Shown one piece after another: positions 22,862 to 33,551 of a DNA stretch of 64,000 nucleotides. The stretch spans positions 992,001-1,056,000 of the forward strand of contig OZ219791.1 in the NCBI GenBank assembly GCA_964291215.2, given 5' to 3'. Made by a program: the position numbers and the translations under genes. The stretch comes from Alphaproteobacteria bacterium. GTDB lineage: Bacteria > Pseudomonadota > Alphaproteobacteria > MPNO01 > UBA830. Under the pieces are notes generated by a model, which saw nothing but the letters and a program-made list of their open reading frames with translations, was not told where the DNA came from and searched no databases. The first letter of the stretch is position 1; the number at the start of each line of letters is the position of its first letter.

Positions 22862-24361
22862 TCAGCTCTCGTAGTGTTCCGATACCAGCCGGTCGAGCAG
22901 GCGCACCCCGAAGGCCGTTCCGCCCTTGGGTACCGTCGCGACGCTCTTATTCGACCACGTCACGCCGGCGATGTCGAGGTGAGCCCACTTGATGTCATCC
23001 TTGACGAAGCGGTTGAGGAACTGGGCCGCGGTGACAGCGCCGCCCCACCGGCTGCCCACGTTCTTCATGTCGGCGATATCCGAATCGATCATCTTGTTGT
23101 AGGCCTCGCCGAGCGGCATGCGCCAGATCGGTTCGCCGACGGCTTCCGCGGCGCCCGCGAGCCGTCCCGCCAGCTCGTCGTCATTGGCGAACAGGCCCGC
23201 GTTGTGATGGCCGAGGGCGACGATGATGGCACCCGTCAGCGTTGCCAGATCGATCATCGTGTGGGGTTTGAACTGTTCCTGACAGTACCACATCGCATCG
23301 GCGAGCACGAGGCGGCCTTCGGCGTCGGTATTGATCACCTCGACGGTCTGGCCGGACATCGTGTGCACGACATCGCCAGGCCGTTGCGCGGTCCCCGACG
23401 GCATGTTTTCGACGAGGCCGACGATCCCGACGGCGTTGACCTTAGCCTTGCGTCCGGCAAGCGCCTTCATCAGCCCGAGGACGACGGCGGAGCCACCCAT
23501 GTCCCACTTCATGTCTTCCATGTTGGCCGAAGGCTTGATCGAGATGCCGCCGGTATCGAATGTCACGCCCTTGCCGACGAAGGCGATCGGCCTTCCGCTC
23601 GGCGCGTTCCCCGTTCCGTCCCAGCGCAGGACGACGAGCCGCGGCCGGTTGGCCGAGCCTTGGGCGACGCCAAGCAGCGCGCCCATCTTGAGGCGCGCCA
23701 TCCGTTTCTCGTCGAAGACCTGAACCTTGACCCCCATCTCGGCCAGAGTTTCCGCTTCTTGGGCAAGCGTTGCGGGGTAGATGACGTTCGCAGGTTCCGA
23801 CACGAGGTCGCGGGTGAAGAAGACGCCGTCAGCAATCTTGTCGAGCGGTCGCCACAGCCGTCTCGCGACGGTGGCGGTACCCGTCGAGATGGTCAGCCCT
23901 TCGAGGCTCGGCTTCGCGTCCGGTTTCTCGCGGGTGCGGTACTTGTCGAAACGGTAGGATGCGAGGCGGGCGCCATAGGCGACATTGGCCGCTATGTCGC
24001 CGTCGCCGAGGTTCACGCCCTCGATCGCGTCGACGGCGATCGTTGCCGTCTTGTTGCCGTGCCCCGACAGATGTCTATAGGCCATGCCGCCGAAGGTCTG
24101 GGCCGCAAGGCGGTTGAACTTCGCCGCGTCGCCGAGACCGATCAGCACGATGCGGCTCGCGCCGGTTCCGGCCGGAGCTAGGATGGTGAGGGCTTGCCCG
24201 CTGTCGCCCCGGAAACGGCTGGCCTTCATGGCCCTGCCGACCGCGCCGCCGGTGATCTTGTCCACCTGCTGCGCCGTATTCAGAAGCTTGCGGTCGGCGA
24301 GTACGCCGACGACGAGCGGGTTGGATTTCGGCAGCGAGGGCGATGCAAACCTGATCTTCAT
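22862..24361 (-). CDS. pepA: leucyl aminopeptidase
   Basis: VGKGVTFDTGG, MKWDMGG and NTDAEGRL. Confidence 0.96.
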   Translation of the reverse strand: MKIRFASPSLPKSNPLVVGVLADRKLLNTAQQVDKITGGAVGRAMKASRFRGDSGQALTILAPAGTGASRIVLIGLGDAAKFNRLAAQTFGGMAYRHLSGHGNKTATIAVDAIEGVNLGDGDIAANVAYGARLASYRFDKYRTREKPDAKPSLEGLTISTGTATVARRLWRPLDKIADGVFFTRDLVSEPANVIYPATLAQEAETLAEMGVKVQVFDEKRMARLKMGALLGVAQGSANRPRLVVLRWDGTGNAPSGRPIAFVGKGVTFDTGGISIKPSANMEDMKWDMGGSAVVLGLMKALAGRKAKVNAVGIVGLVENMPSGTAQRPGDVVHTMSGQTVEVINTDAEGRLVLADAMWYCQEQFKPHTMIDLATLTGAIIVALGHHNAGLFANDDELAGRLAGAAEAVGEPIWRMPLGEAYNKMIDSDIADMKNVGSRWGGAVTAAQFLNRFVKDDIKWAHLDIAGVTWSNKSVATVPKGGTAFGVRLLDRLVSEHYES

Positions 24362-24539
24362 CTTCGAAACTCCATCTGGTCAGGGTCCGGAAGGCGGTCT
24401 CGTGCCTGGGAAGCCGCGACATCCCGGTGCGGCAGGGCCGACCGCGACAGGAGTTGTCAGCACTTCAATCGGGCCGCGGGACAGGCGGTTGAAGGGCGCG
24501 GCTGATGGCAACGCCGGACTGAGCGACTATAATCAGTCG

Positions 24540-25667
24540 ATGGGCAAACTCCAACTGTACATCCTCCAGCAGTTGTTCTGGGCTACGGTGGCCATCATCG
24601 TCGCCCTTGCTTGCATCGTCTGGCTCACCCAGTCCCTGCGTTTCGTCGACATGATCGTGAGCAGGGGCCTTTCGTTGACAGCGTTCATCAGTTTCACGCT
24701 TCTGCTCCTGCCGACCTTTCTCGCGATCATCGGACCGATCGCCCTGTTCGTCGCAACCCTGTTCATCTACAACAAGATGATGCACGACCGCGAGCTCGTC
24801 ATCCTCAGCGCGAGCGGCCTCGGACCCGGCTTCATCTCCCGCCCGGCCATTCTTCTGGCCCTTGTGCTGGTGGTTTTCGGCTATTTCAACACGCTCTATC
24901 TCATGCCGACGGCGTTTCGCGAATTCAAGGATCTCCAGCGGGCCTTTCGCGCCGATCTTTCGCACCTCTTCGTCCAGGAAGGCGTGTTCAACTCGATCAT
25001 CGACGGCGTAACCGTTTTCGTCCGCGAGCGCCACGGCCGCGGCCGCTTCAAGGGCATCGTGGTGCATGATGAGCGCGACCCGGAGATACCGGTCACGATC
25101 ATGGCCGAACAGGGCGCGATTCTCTCCGACAACCGTGGGTCACGGGTAGTGATGACGAAAGGCAACCGCCAGGAAGTCAGCCGCAAGGACGGCCGGCTTA
25201 CATTGCTGCATTTCGACAGCTACACGCTTGATCTCGCGGCGCTGGATTCAGGCGGGGCCATCTATGCGCGAGAACCGCGCGAACGCTTTTTGCACGAGCT
25301 GTTTCTTCCCGAACCCGCGTCGGGTCCGTCCGCCAACTACCAGAGGTTCAGAATGGAGGGGCTGTCGCGCCTGGCGATGCCGCTTCTTTACCCCTGCTTC
25401 GTACTGGTCGCCCTCGGTGCGCTGCTCTCGGGCGGGTTCGATCGCAGGGGACATCTGCGTCGTATCCTGGTGGCCGCATGCGTGGTTGCCGTCGTGCAGC
25501 TCGGGTTCTTCGGCGCCATGAGCGTGGGTACGGTGATGGCCGAACTGGAAACGCTGATACTGGTCCTGCCGGTGGCCGCCATCGCAATCTCTGCGGTCCT
25601 CCTCGCCAGGTCGGGCCGGACAATGAACCGTCGGCGCATGCCGGCCGGGCCGGGAGTCCCGCCGTGA
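24540..25667 (+). CDS. lptF: LPS export ABC permease LptF
   Basis: YjgP/YjgQ topology and DRELVILSASG; divergent from pepA. Confidence 0.88.
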   Translation: MGKLQLYILQQLFWATVAIIVALACIVWLTQSLRFVDMIVSRGLSLTAFISFTLLLLPTFLAIIGPIALFVATLFIYNKMMHDRELVILSASGLGPGFISRPAILLALVLVVFGYFNTLYLMPTAFREFKDLQRAFRADLSHLFVQEGVFNSIIDGVTVFVRERHGRGRFKGIVVHDERDPEIPVTIMAEQGAILSDNRGSRVVMTKGNRQEVSRKDGRLTLLHFDSYTLDLAALDSGGAIYAREPRERFLHELFLPEPASGPSANYQRFRMEGLSRLAMPLLYPCFVLVALGALLSGGFDRRGHLRRILVAACVVAVVQLGFFGAMSVGTVMAELETLILVLPVAAIAISAVLLARSGRTMNRRRMPAGPGVPP

Positions 25668-26761
25668 GGCCGTTCGGATCGCTTTCCGTGTATCTCGGGC
25701 GGCAGTTCCTGTTCTGGTTCCTCTGCTTCGCGTTTGCGCTGCTGGCTGTCATCATGCTTGTCGACATGGTCGAGATCTTCCGGCGGGTGTCTCAGCGCGG
25801 GGAGGGAGGCGGCATCTTCGTGGTTCTCCGAATGGTCCTGCTCAAGGCGCCGTCCATGCTGGAGAAGACAATCCCGTTCGCGGCGCTGCTGGGCACGGCG
25901 GCAATGCTGTGGCGCCTCAATCGTCACCACGAAATCGTGGTGATGCGGGCGTCGGGCATATCGGTCTGGCAGATTCTTGCGCCGGTCGTGGTGCTTGCGA
26001 TCGCCATCGGCATGGTCAAGGTCACGGTGATCAATCCGTTCGCGTCGGCGGCGCTGCTGAGCTATGAAATTCTTGAGGCAAAGCACATCCGTGGCCGGAC
26101 AAACCTCGCTGCTGTCGCAAGAAACGGGCTGTGGTTCAGGCAGTCCCTACCCGAGGGCAGTTACATCCTGCATGCGAGTTCGATCTCGATCGAGGATGTC
26201 CGCCTGAAGGATGTCGTCGTATTCCGGATGCGCGACGGCGACCAATTCGTGGCCCGGATAGACGCTCCTGCGGCGGTCCTCGAAGGCGGGCACTGGCGGA
26301 TCGAGAACCCGACCATCGCCGCGCCGGACTCGCAACCCGCCCGCCCGGGGACGATCCGTCTGTCCACGGACCTGACCCCCGAGAATATCAATGACAGCTT
26401 TGCTCCGCCGGAGACGATCTCGTTCTGGTCTTTGCCGTCCTTCATCCGTGTCCTCGAGAGTGCCGGATTTTCTGGCATTCGCCACAAGCTGCACTGGCAC
26501 GCCGAACTTGCGCTGCCGTTTCTGCTGGCCGCTATCGTCCTGCTGGCGGCCACGTTTTCCCTGAGGCCAGCAAGACAGCGCGGCGGCACCGTCGTCGTGG
26601 CAGCGAGTCTCGGCACAGCGTTCCTGCTCTACTTCCTGACCGACATTGCCCATGCGCTGGGTTCGTCAACCAGAATCCCGATCCTGATGGCGGTGTGGGC
26701 GCCGGTGCTGGTCGGTTTCTTTGCTGGCATCGGCGTCCTGTTGCATCTCGAGGACGGTTGA
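25664..26761 (+). CDS. lptG: LPS export ABC permease LptG
   Basis: HHEIVVMRASGISVWQ, SFWSLP and LLHLEDG C-terminus. Confidence 0.9.
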   Translation: MRPFGSLSVYLGRQFLFWFLCFAFALLAVIMLVDMVEIFRRVSQRGEGGGIFVVLRMVLLKAPSMLEKTIPFAALLGTAAMLWRLNRHHEIVVMRASGISVWQILAPVVVLAIAIGMVKVTVINPFASAALLSYEILEAKHIRGRTNLAAVARNGLWFRQSLPEGSYILHASSISIEDVRLKDVVVFRMRDGDQFVARIDAPAAVLEGGHWRIENPTIAAPDSQPARPGTIRLSTDLTPENINDSFAPPETISFWSLPSFIRVLESAGFSGIRHKLHWHAELALPFLLAAIVLLAATFSLRPARQRGGTVVVAASLGTAFLLYFLTDIAHALGSSTRIPILMAVWAPVLVGFFAGIGVLLHLEDG

Positions 26762-26762
26762 A

Positions 26763-28958
26763 ATGCGATCTGCTGCCAGGCTGGCCGCGGCGGCTGCGAT
26801 GCTGGTTGCGCTGCAGGTAATGGTCGCGGCGCCGGCAAACGCCCAGGTTGCGGATCCGTCCGGCGATCACGGGCCTGTGCTGTTCGAGGCCGAAGATGTC
26901 CGCCATGACCGTGAGACCGGCATCGTGGTGGCGACGGGACATGTCCGCTTCAGCCGCGGCGACAGGACCCTGCTCGCCGACCGTATCGCCTACGATCAGC
27001 GCGCGGGCACTGTCACGGCTTCGGGCAATGTCCGGCTGCATGAACCGACAGGGGAGGTCGTGTTCGCCGACGAGATGGTCCTGGACGACCCGCTCAAGGA
27101 GGCAGTCGCGGAGAATATCGCGCTGCGGTTCACCGACGACTCCCGCGTCGCCGCGGCCAGCGGACGCCGAACGGGCGACGGGATCACGGAATTCCGGAAG
27201 ATGGTGTATTCGCCGTGCAAGCTTTGCGAGGACGATCCCGACAGCGAGCCCATATGGCAGCTCAAGGCCTACAAGGCGATCCACGACCAGAACAGGAACG
27301 ACATCATCTATGAGGGAGCCTTTCTCGAGTTCTTCGGACTCCCGGTATTCTATGTGCCATGGTTTTCCCATCCTGATCCCACCGTGGAAAGGCGATCCGG
27401 TTTCCTGCTGCCGTCATACATCAGCGACGACGATCTCGGTGTGGTCGTCAAGACGCCGTACTACCTCGATCTGGCGCCGAACATCGATTTGACTTTGACG
27501 CCGGTGCTCACGACGCGCGAGGGTGTCGGCGCCGAGATGCGGTTCCGGCATCTCCTCGACAATGCGGAGTACGACATCTTGGGCAGCGCTTATTACGAAT
27601 CCGATGTCGACAGCGCGGAGGTGAATACACTGCGGGGCGCGGTACGTTCCCGTTTCCGCCTTCATATCGACGATACCTGGCGCGCGGGCGCCGACCTGCG
27701 TCTGGCATCGGATGATACCTACATGCGCAAATACGAGTTCGTTGCCGAGGACACGCTGGAGAACCGGTTGCGCCTTGAGGGCTTCATGGGCACGGACTAC
27801 GCCGCAGCTACCGGCTATTATTTTCAAAGCCTGAGGCCCGACGACCGCTCCGGAGAGATTCCGGTTGTACTGCCGATGCTCGATTACAGCTTCGTGGGCG
27901 ATCCGGGGCCGCGAGGCCAGTTGTGGAAGGTGGACGCCAACATCCTCAACCTGTACCGGAGGGCCGGCACGGATACCCGCCGCGCTTCGGTCAGGACCTG
28001 GTGGGAGGTTCCCGGCGCAACCGGGGGCGGAGACATCTACCGCCTGTTCGGATCGCTTCAGGCGGATGCCTACTGGACCAACTACGGAGATTCGGACGGG
28101 GCCAGCGAGCGGGGCCGGCTGTTTCCGCAGGTCGGCATCGATTGGCGCAGGCCGCTGTTCCGGGTGTCGCGGAGCCACACCGAGATCCTGGAACCGGCGG
28201 CAACTCTGATTCTCGCGCCTGACGCGCAGAACACGAAGGACATTCCCAACGAAGACAGCATCGGCGTGGAGTTCGACGACGCGAATCTGTTTGCCACGAA
28301 CCGCAATACCGGAATCGATCGGGTCGAGGGCAATCCGCGCATCAGCTACGGGCTCCACGGCGGCGTCTACGGCAAGCGGGGTGGCCTCAGCACGTTCTTC
28401 GTCGGACAGAGCTATCGCTTCAGCGGCGACAACGATTTCGGCGCGCGTACGGGGCTCAAGAGAAAACTGTCGGATGTCGTGGGCAGCGTCCGGGTGTCTC
28501 CTGGCGACAGATTCGATCTCCTCTACCGGTTCCGCATCGACAATGCGAGCTGGTCGATGCGCCACAGCGAGCTTCAGGGCTCGGCCGGAGGGGCTCGGCT
28601 CCGTCTTGACGTTAGCCACCTGCTGATCAAGGAGCAGGATGCCGGAGTTTCGGTCGACCCGGACTATCCTTTTGACGAGCGCGAGGAGATCAGGGCGGAA
28701 ATTTCATCGAGTTTTGCAAGGTACTGGCGCTCGGGGATCAATCTTCATCGCGATCTCACCGGCGGGGGCCGCTCGCTCCGCCACGGCGCGTACCTGATGT
28801 ATGACGACGAGTGCTTTCATTTTCGCATCGACTATTCGCGGAGGTTCACCCGCAGCCGACTGCTGCGGCCGCAGGACACGATTTTCCTTCGCATCGGCCT
28901 GAAGACGTTGGGTGAGTCCGGTTTTTCAGGGTTCCAGAAGCCGGCCCGCGACCGCTGA
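26763..28958 (+). CDS. lptD: LPS assembly protein LptD
   Basis: YSPCKLC, RRSGFLLP, PNEDS and YDDECF. Confidence 0.93.
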   Translation: MRSAARLAAAAAMLVALQVMVAAPANAQVADPSGDHGPVLFEAEDVRHDRETGIVVATGHVRFSRGDRTLLADRIAYDQRAGTVTASGNVRLHEPTGEVVFADEMVLDDPLKEAVAENIALRFTDDSRVAAASGRRTGDGITEFRKMVYSPCKLCEDDPDSEPIWQLKAYKAIHDQNRNDIIYEGAFLEFFGLPVFYVPWFSHPDPTVERRSGFLLPSYISDDDLGVVVKTPYYLDLAPNIDLTLTPVLTTREGVGAEMRFRHLLDNAEYDILGSAYYESDVDSAEVNTLRGAVRSRFRLHIDDTWRAGADLRLASDDTYMRKYEFVAEDTLENRLRLEGFMGTDYAAATGYYFQSLRPDDRSGEIPVVLPMLDYSFVGDPGPRGQLWKVDANILNLYRRAGTDTRRASVRTWWEVPGATGGGDIYRLFGSLQADAYWTNYGDSDGASERGRLFPQVGIDWRRPLFRVSRSHTEILEPAATLILAPDAQNTKDIPNEDSIGVEFDDANLFATNRNTGIDRVEGNPRISYGLHGGVYGKRGGLSTFFVGQSYRFSGDNDFGARTGLKRKLSDVVGSVRVSPGDRFDLLYRFRIDNASWSMRHSELQGSAGGARLRLDVSHLLIKEQDAGVSVDPDYPFDEREEIRAEISSSFARYWRSGINLHRDLTGGGRSLRHGAYLMYDDECFHFRIDYSRRFTRSRLLRPQDTIFLRIGLKTLGESGFSGFQKPARDR

Positions 28959-29075
28959 CGCGGGACGGTCGGCAGAACCCGGAGATTCCCGTTCCCTGAT
29001 CCGGTTGCTTCGAAGGCGGTCTCGCGTGTTCGCCGATCCCCTGCTACACGATCCTTTCCGGGAGGCACCCGGGGC

Positions 29076-29440
29076 GTAACTGATCAAACACGGACGTTCG
29101 GTAGTGTAACTGCTCAAGCCTGATTTTGTCGAGCGCTCACAGGCCGTGGATTGATGGTTCCGATGTGGTGGCGCCGAGGGAGGATTTCGCAAGCGCAGTT
29201 TCGGGATCAGCTGGATGGGGCCGGGCCAGCGTTTTTAGGACATTCAAGCCTTGCTTTCGGGGGAATTACGGATCGCAGGTTGGCGAAGTCGCAGGCGCCT
29301 TGCATGGAGCGGAAGCCACCCGAGATATTCTGTCGCAGCTTGCCGATCCGGAGACCGCGCTCGGCCTCGTTGAGAGTGCGTCGGCGTCGGCGCAATCAGC
29401 ACCTGGCTCAGACCCGTCGTTGCCTTCGATCCGAAATACC
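29076..29440 (-). pseudogene. IS66 terminal fragments with 3' transposase remnant and methyltransferase 5' fragment
   Basis: GTAACTGATCAAAC at 29076 and GTAACTGCTCA at 29106; NEAERGLRIGKLRQNISGGFRS; GYFGSKATTGL. Confidence 0.65.
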
Positions 29441-29442
29441 CC

Positions 29443-31769
29443 AACCGCCGCCCTTCTGTGCTGGATGCCCGAACTCGGTAGCGTCGGCAGCCTTGATCGG
29501 GGTGGCGCCGATGGCTGACGACCACGGTGCCCGGCACATCCGCGGCGGGCGCAGAAGGCCACGCGATCTCCTGTTCATAGCCGCAATCTCGGCGGCACGC
29601 TTCAACGCAGATCTGGTGTTCGAACGCCTCGAGACCGCCGGCAAGCAAGGTCGCGATTGTCGCCGTGATGCGCAACGTGCTGGCGAACACCTTAGATGCG
29701 ACAGCAGCGTTGCTGGTCGCCCGAAGCACCGATGAGTGAGCGAAGGAGACCCCCTCATGGCTCTCACCCCTGCCGAGAAGCAGCGCCGTTATCGGGAACG
29801 CTGCAAATACCCGCCCACGGAAAGCCCTGTCGTTCCCGTGCGCAACGCTGGCGCGACGCGGTGGCTCGGTGCATTGCAGGAGCACTGTTGGGGCAGTCTC
29901 GACAATCTCCCCGCGCGACACGGCTTGCGGAGAATGTCTGCAGATCATTGTCGAGGCCGGCATCGAGGCTCTCGAGGAGATCGAACCGCCGCGCGGCTAC
30001 GGACGGGACACCCGGAACTCCATTGAACATGGTAACGTTATCGTAACTGCTCACCCCCTGGTTCCGGCTTGATGTCGGGGTAGAGCAACGAACGGGTTTT
30101 CGTGGAGGTTTGACACTGCAGGCCGATTCGTTTAGTGGTGGTTATCGAGAACGACGGGGACCGGCAGTGAGCTACTTTGGATCGAAGGCGACGAGCGGGC
30201 TGTGCCATCGGAGGCGGCGCGCTGATGAAGCGCAAGGCCGGGCAGCGGAGTACCGGAAGATGCCGCCGGGCGAGCGCCAGGCGATGCTCGCGACGATCAT
30301 GACCGTCGAGGCCGGGTGATGGCGACGGGCGGCGCGCGAGGAGTTCGAAGCGGCCAAGACTGCGGCGCTGCCGGCAAGGTGGCGGAAGAGGCCGTCATCC
30401 GCGTCCTCGTCATCCTGCTCGACATCCTCATCGTCGTCCTTCTGGAGAAGACCACGCACGAGCCGAAACTCCGGTCTGCCGCCGTCACAGACGGACAAGA
30501 GCGTGCCGGAAGCAACGGTAAGGGCCCGAAGCCGAACCGGCAGATGGGCGACAACCTGCGCAAGATCATCGTCGAGGAGACGGTCGCGGCCTGCGACGCC
30601 TGCGGCGCCGACGGCCCCGTCGATCGGGAGCGCCGCACGACATCGTGTTCGAGGTCGTCGAGCGCCGCGCCGAGATCAAGGAATGCCCGAAGTGCAAGGC
30701 CCGGTTCCCCGACAACATCCCGTGCAGTACGGCATCGGCATTCAGGCCCTCGTCATCAACCTGCTGGTCGCCCAAATGCTGTCCCTGCGCCGTCGCGCTC
30801 GTGCAGGCGATCTCCGGCATCAAGCTCTCCGAGGCCTCGGCTATGCTTTCACGATGCGTCATGGGAGGAGGCTGCCGTGGCGCACCTCCTGCAACGCCCG
30901 ATGTCGACGATTTCGGATCAACGGCAAGTGGCTTCATGTCGTGGGACCCTGACGTGCAAGTTCCCGCACCGCAAGCGCGGGCAAGAGATCGGCCCGTGCT
31001 ACAAGGGCGTCCTGGGCCTCGTACATGGGCCAGTGTAGCCACCAGCTGTGCGGAGCCACCTACTGCGCGAACTGACCTTTGTCGTCGAGGCTACCGCGCG
31101 ACTGATGAAGAGCCTGCTCCGCGAAGTCTGCCACAAGATCAACAAGAGCGCATCCAAGACCCTGAACGGGGCCGACCGCCGGGCCGTGCACAAGCGCTAC
31201 CGCACCATCAGGGCGCCAAGGAACTGCCCGACATCCCGCCGAAAGGAAAACGTGGACGCAAGTCCGACGCGCACAACCTGCACGAACGTCTCGTGAAACA
31301 CGAAAACCTGCGCTTCATAGACGACCCCGATGTCAGCTTCACCAACAATGCCGGAGAACAGAAGATCAGGATGGCAAAGGTCAAGGTGTCCGGATGCTTC
31401 CGCTCCACGCAAAAGCATGGTGCCGGGGCTCGAGCTACCTCACCTCCATGGCCGCACTCGGCTACAACCCACTCGTCGCCACCCAGATCGCCCTCGACGG
31501 AAAAGCCGCAGACATCATCAACGAGCACCACGACCAATCAGAACCCAACTAGGGGTGAGTAGATACACGTTATCATGCCCGGGGACGCTGGGCGGCAAGG
31601 TGGCCGCGCTCACGTGACCAATGGACGGCAACCCGCCGCCGGGACCACAAGCTGCATGTCGCCTCGCTCGCAGGACATCGACAAGGCGGAACCCCGGACC
31701 GTCTGTGGACAACCACGGAAAACATCGCCGCGGACACCCGCAAAAACCTTGCCAGGAAACATGGATGCT
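29443..31769 (+). mobile_element. IS110 element copy C, 5'-truncated and interrupted by IS66
   Basis: WMPELG and RHIRGGRRRPRDLL fragments, accessory ORF, and right end ATGGATGCT followed by CG, as in copies A and B. Confidence 0.8.
30043..31566 (+). mobile_element. IS66 (ISBst12-like) degenerate element with MTase passenger, copy 1
   Basis: TIRs GTAACTGCTCACCCC/GGGGTGAGTAGATAC; 8-bp TSD ACGTTATC (30035-30042, 31567-31574); FTNNAGEQKIRMAKVK.SGCFR. Confidence 0.9.
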
Positions 31770-31786
31770 CGTTCAGGGTCTTTGAT

Positions 31787-33443
31787 CAAGGTGATCTCAT
31801 GCTTGTTGATGTGATCGGAGTCCTGATCGCGGCGCGGGTCGACGCGTTCGAGGCTGCGATTTTGAGATTTGCTGACGCGCTGTTGCGGCGCGGGGCACGA
31901 TTGGTCGGCGTATCCGGAGCGAGCGAGAGGCCTGCCGGGCTCGAAAGCCTGCGGTTTCTGTCGGGGAGAGAGGCGCGGTCAGCCGGGTCTTGTGATTGCG
32001 TGCAGGACCTGCTTGCGCTTGTCGCCATGGTGGCGTCGACGAAGCTGTTGAAGGGTTTGCGCAGCTTGCGCTTGTTGTGGATGATGACGGCGATTGCGAG
32101 GGTGATCGCGTTGTTTGCGGGCGCGTTGCCCTTGACCATCAGTCCGCGCGACGGGTCTCGACGATCAGCCTCGCGGGTGGTGTGGAGCGCATCGAGGGTG
32201 AGCAGACGGCCGGCAACCGGTGCCGTCTCGAGCGCGGCGTGGACGGCAGCGATCTCCCCGTCGTGACAGTTGAGGACCGAATACCGGCCAGCGAGACCGT
32301 CTCGTAATGATCCTCGCCGGTGCGCTTGCCGTCGACCGCGTTGCCGACCTGCGGCTGCGCGCCGCATCCTCGATCCATCCCGGGTCGGTGTTCTGCAGCA
32401 CCCGGTGCACGGTCGATCTGGAGACCGGCTTGTTCCTGTTCTTCCACGCTGCTCCAGCTCCTTCTGCGTCGTAGTGCGCCACCGCGCCGGTTCGCAAGCC
32501 GCGCCATCACGCACAGCACCGAGGCGATGCCCCTGCGCGCGTCGGAAAGCGCCCCGAAGTGCTAAATCGAGCGCAACTCCTGCGCCGACCAGCGTCGCCC
32601 GCAACTCCCACGCCGCAGGAAGCGGCGAACGATCCCGCGTCACGACGCAGCGGAAACACGTAAGGATCCTTCGCCTCCCCGGTCGGCGCCCGCTGGCGCG
32701 CGCATGGCTCCTGCCAACGCACTCCCGGTTCGCCGCCTTGTACATGGTGCCGCTGAACTTCGTCGGCAAGACAAACTTCTCCGCAACAAGCAACGGCAGC
32801 CTTCCGGTCGCCGCCGCACCATCCGCGACAACGCAAACGAGGCCCGGAAACGACCACCAGGAACAACAAACCTCGTGTTGTTCCCGGCAACCGCCTGAAC
32901 TGTTCCTCGCGGCGCCAGCCAATCCAACGGTCCCGCGGTGCGCAGCAGGACCATTCTGTTGTCGCGATCGGCGGCGGACAACCGTGTCAGAGTGGCCGTT
33001 CTTGAAGTTGGTGGCACCGTCTCAAGGTCGGAACCGACATATTGACAACGAAATCCGCCCCCGAATGGACTTCCAGATCTGCCTACAACGCCCCTCGTCG
33101 GACGAAACCGGAAAAAAGAAGAGCCCTGCGGTGCGTAGCCGAGGGCGCCCGTCTGCCAGCCCGCAGCGCCAATCCACCGCCCGCGCCAGGTGAACACGCA
33201 GACCTCGACCGGCAAACTGCTTGAAACCAGGATACCGTCAACCGCACGATTCCAGCGACATCAGGCCGCGCAAGGCGCACAACCACATCCCGGAGCGCAA
33301 AACCCTCCGGAGTCGTCTCAAAAAAATCCGCTGCCGCCACGACAACGGATACTGCGCCGCTTCACAAAAAGTCAGCGAAAATGCGAATCATCCTGAACAA
33401 GCAAAACCGCCCCTTCCAACAAACCTGGCGTGGGATCGTCGTG
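31787..33443 (-). mobile_element. DUF4338 plus ISAs1-type transposase remnant
   Basis: LLTLDALHT, AVDGKR and FSGTMYKAAN; ends CAAGGTGATCTCATGC and GCGTGGGATCGTCGTG. Confidence 0.7.
32946..33128. mobile_element. MITE family A, copy 2
   Basis: Homologous to 5710-5892; 10-bp duplication CGGTGCGCAG/CGGTGCGTAG; absent from the homologous segment near 62500. Confidence 0.85.
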
Positions 33444-33456
33444 CACTAGTTATCAT

Positions 33457-33490
33457 TAGTGTTGACAGGTCAACACTATAGGGTTAGCGT
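33457..33490 (+). promoter_or_regulatory. Putative sigma70 promoter with palindromic operator upstream of tctC
   Basis: Perfect IR TAGTGTTGAC-AG-GTCAACACTA overlapping TTGACA-N17-TAGCGT. Confidence 0.6.
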
Positions 33491-33551
33491 TAGCGCCTAA
33501 ATTAATGAAAAGCGCCGGATTTGGTTCAATACGACAGGGAGTTACTCCTAA

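Noticed and set aside
30043-31566. Programmed frameshifting as the cause of split transposases
   Set aside because: Too many breaks, conserved residues are physically missing, and some lesions differ between copies.
32640-33330. Druantia anti-phage system
   Set aside because: Only degraded transposase-linked DUF4338 pieces are present; there is no DruE helicase or other dru gene.
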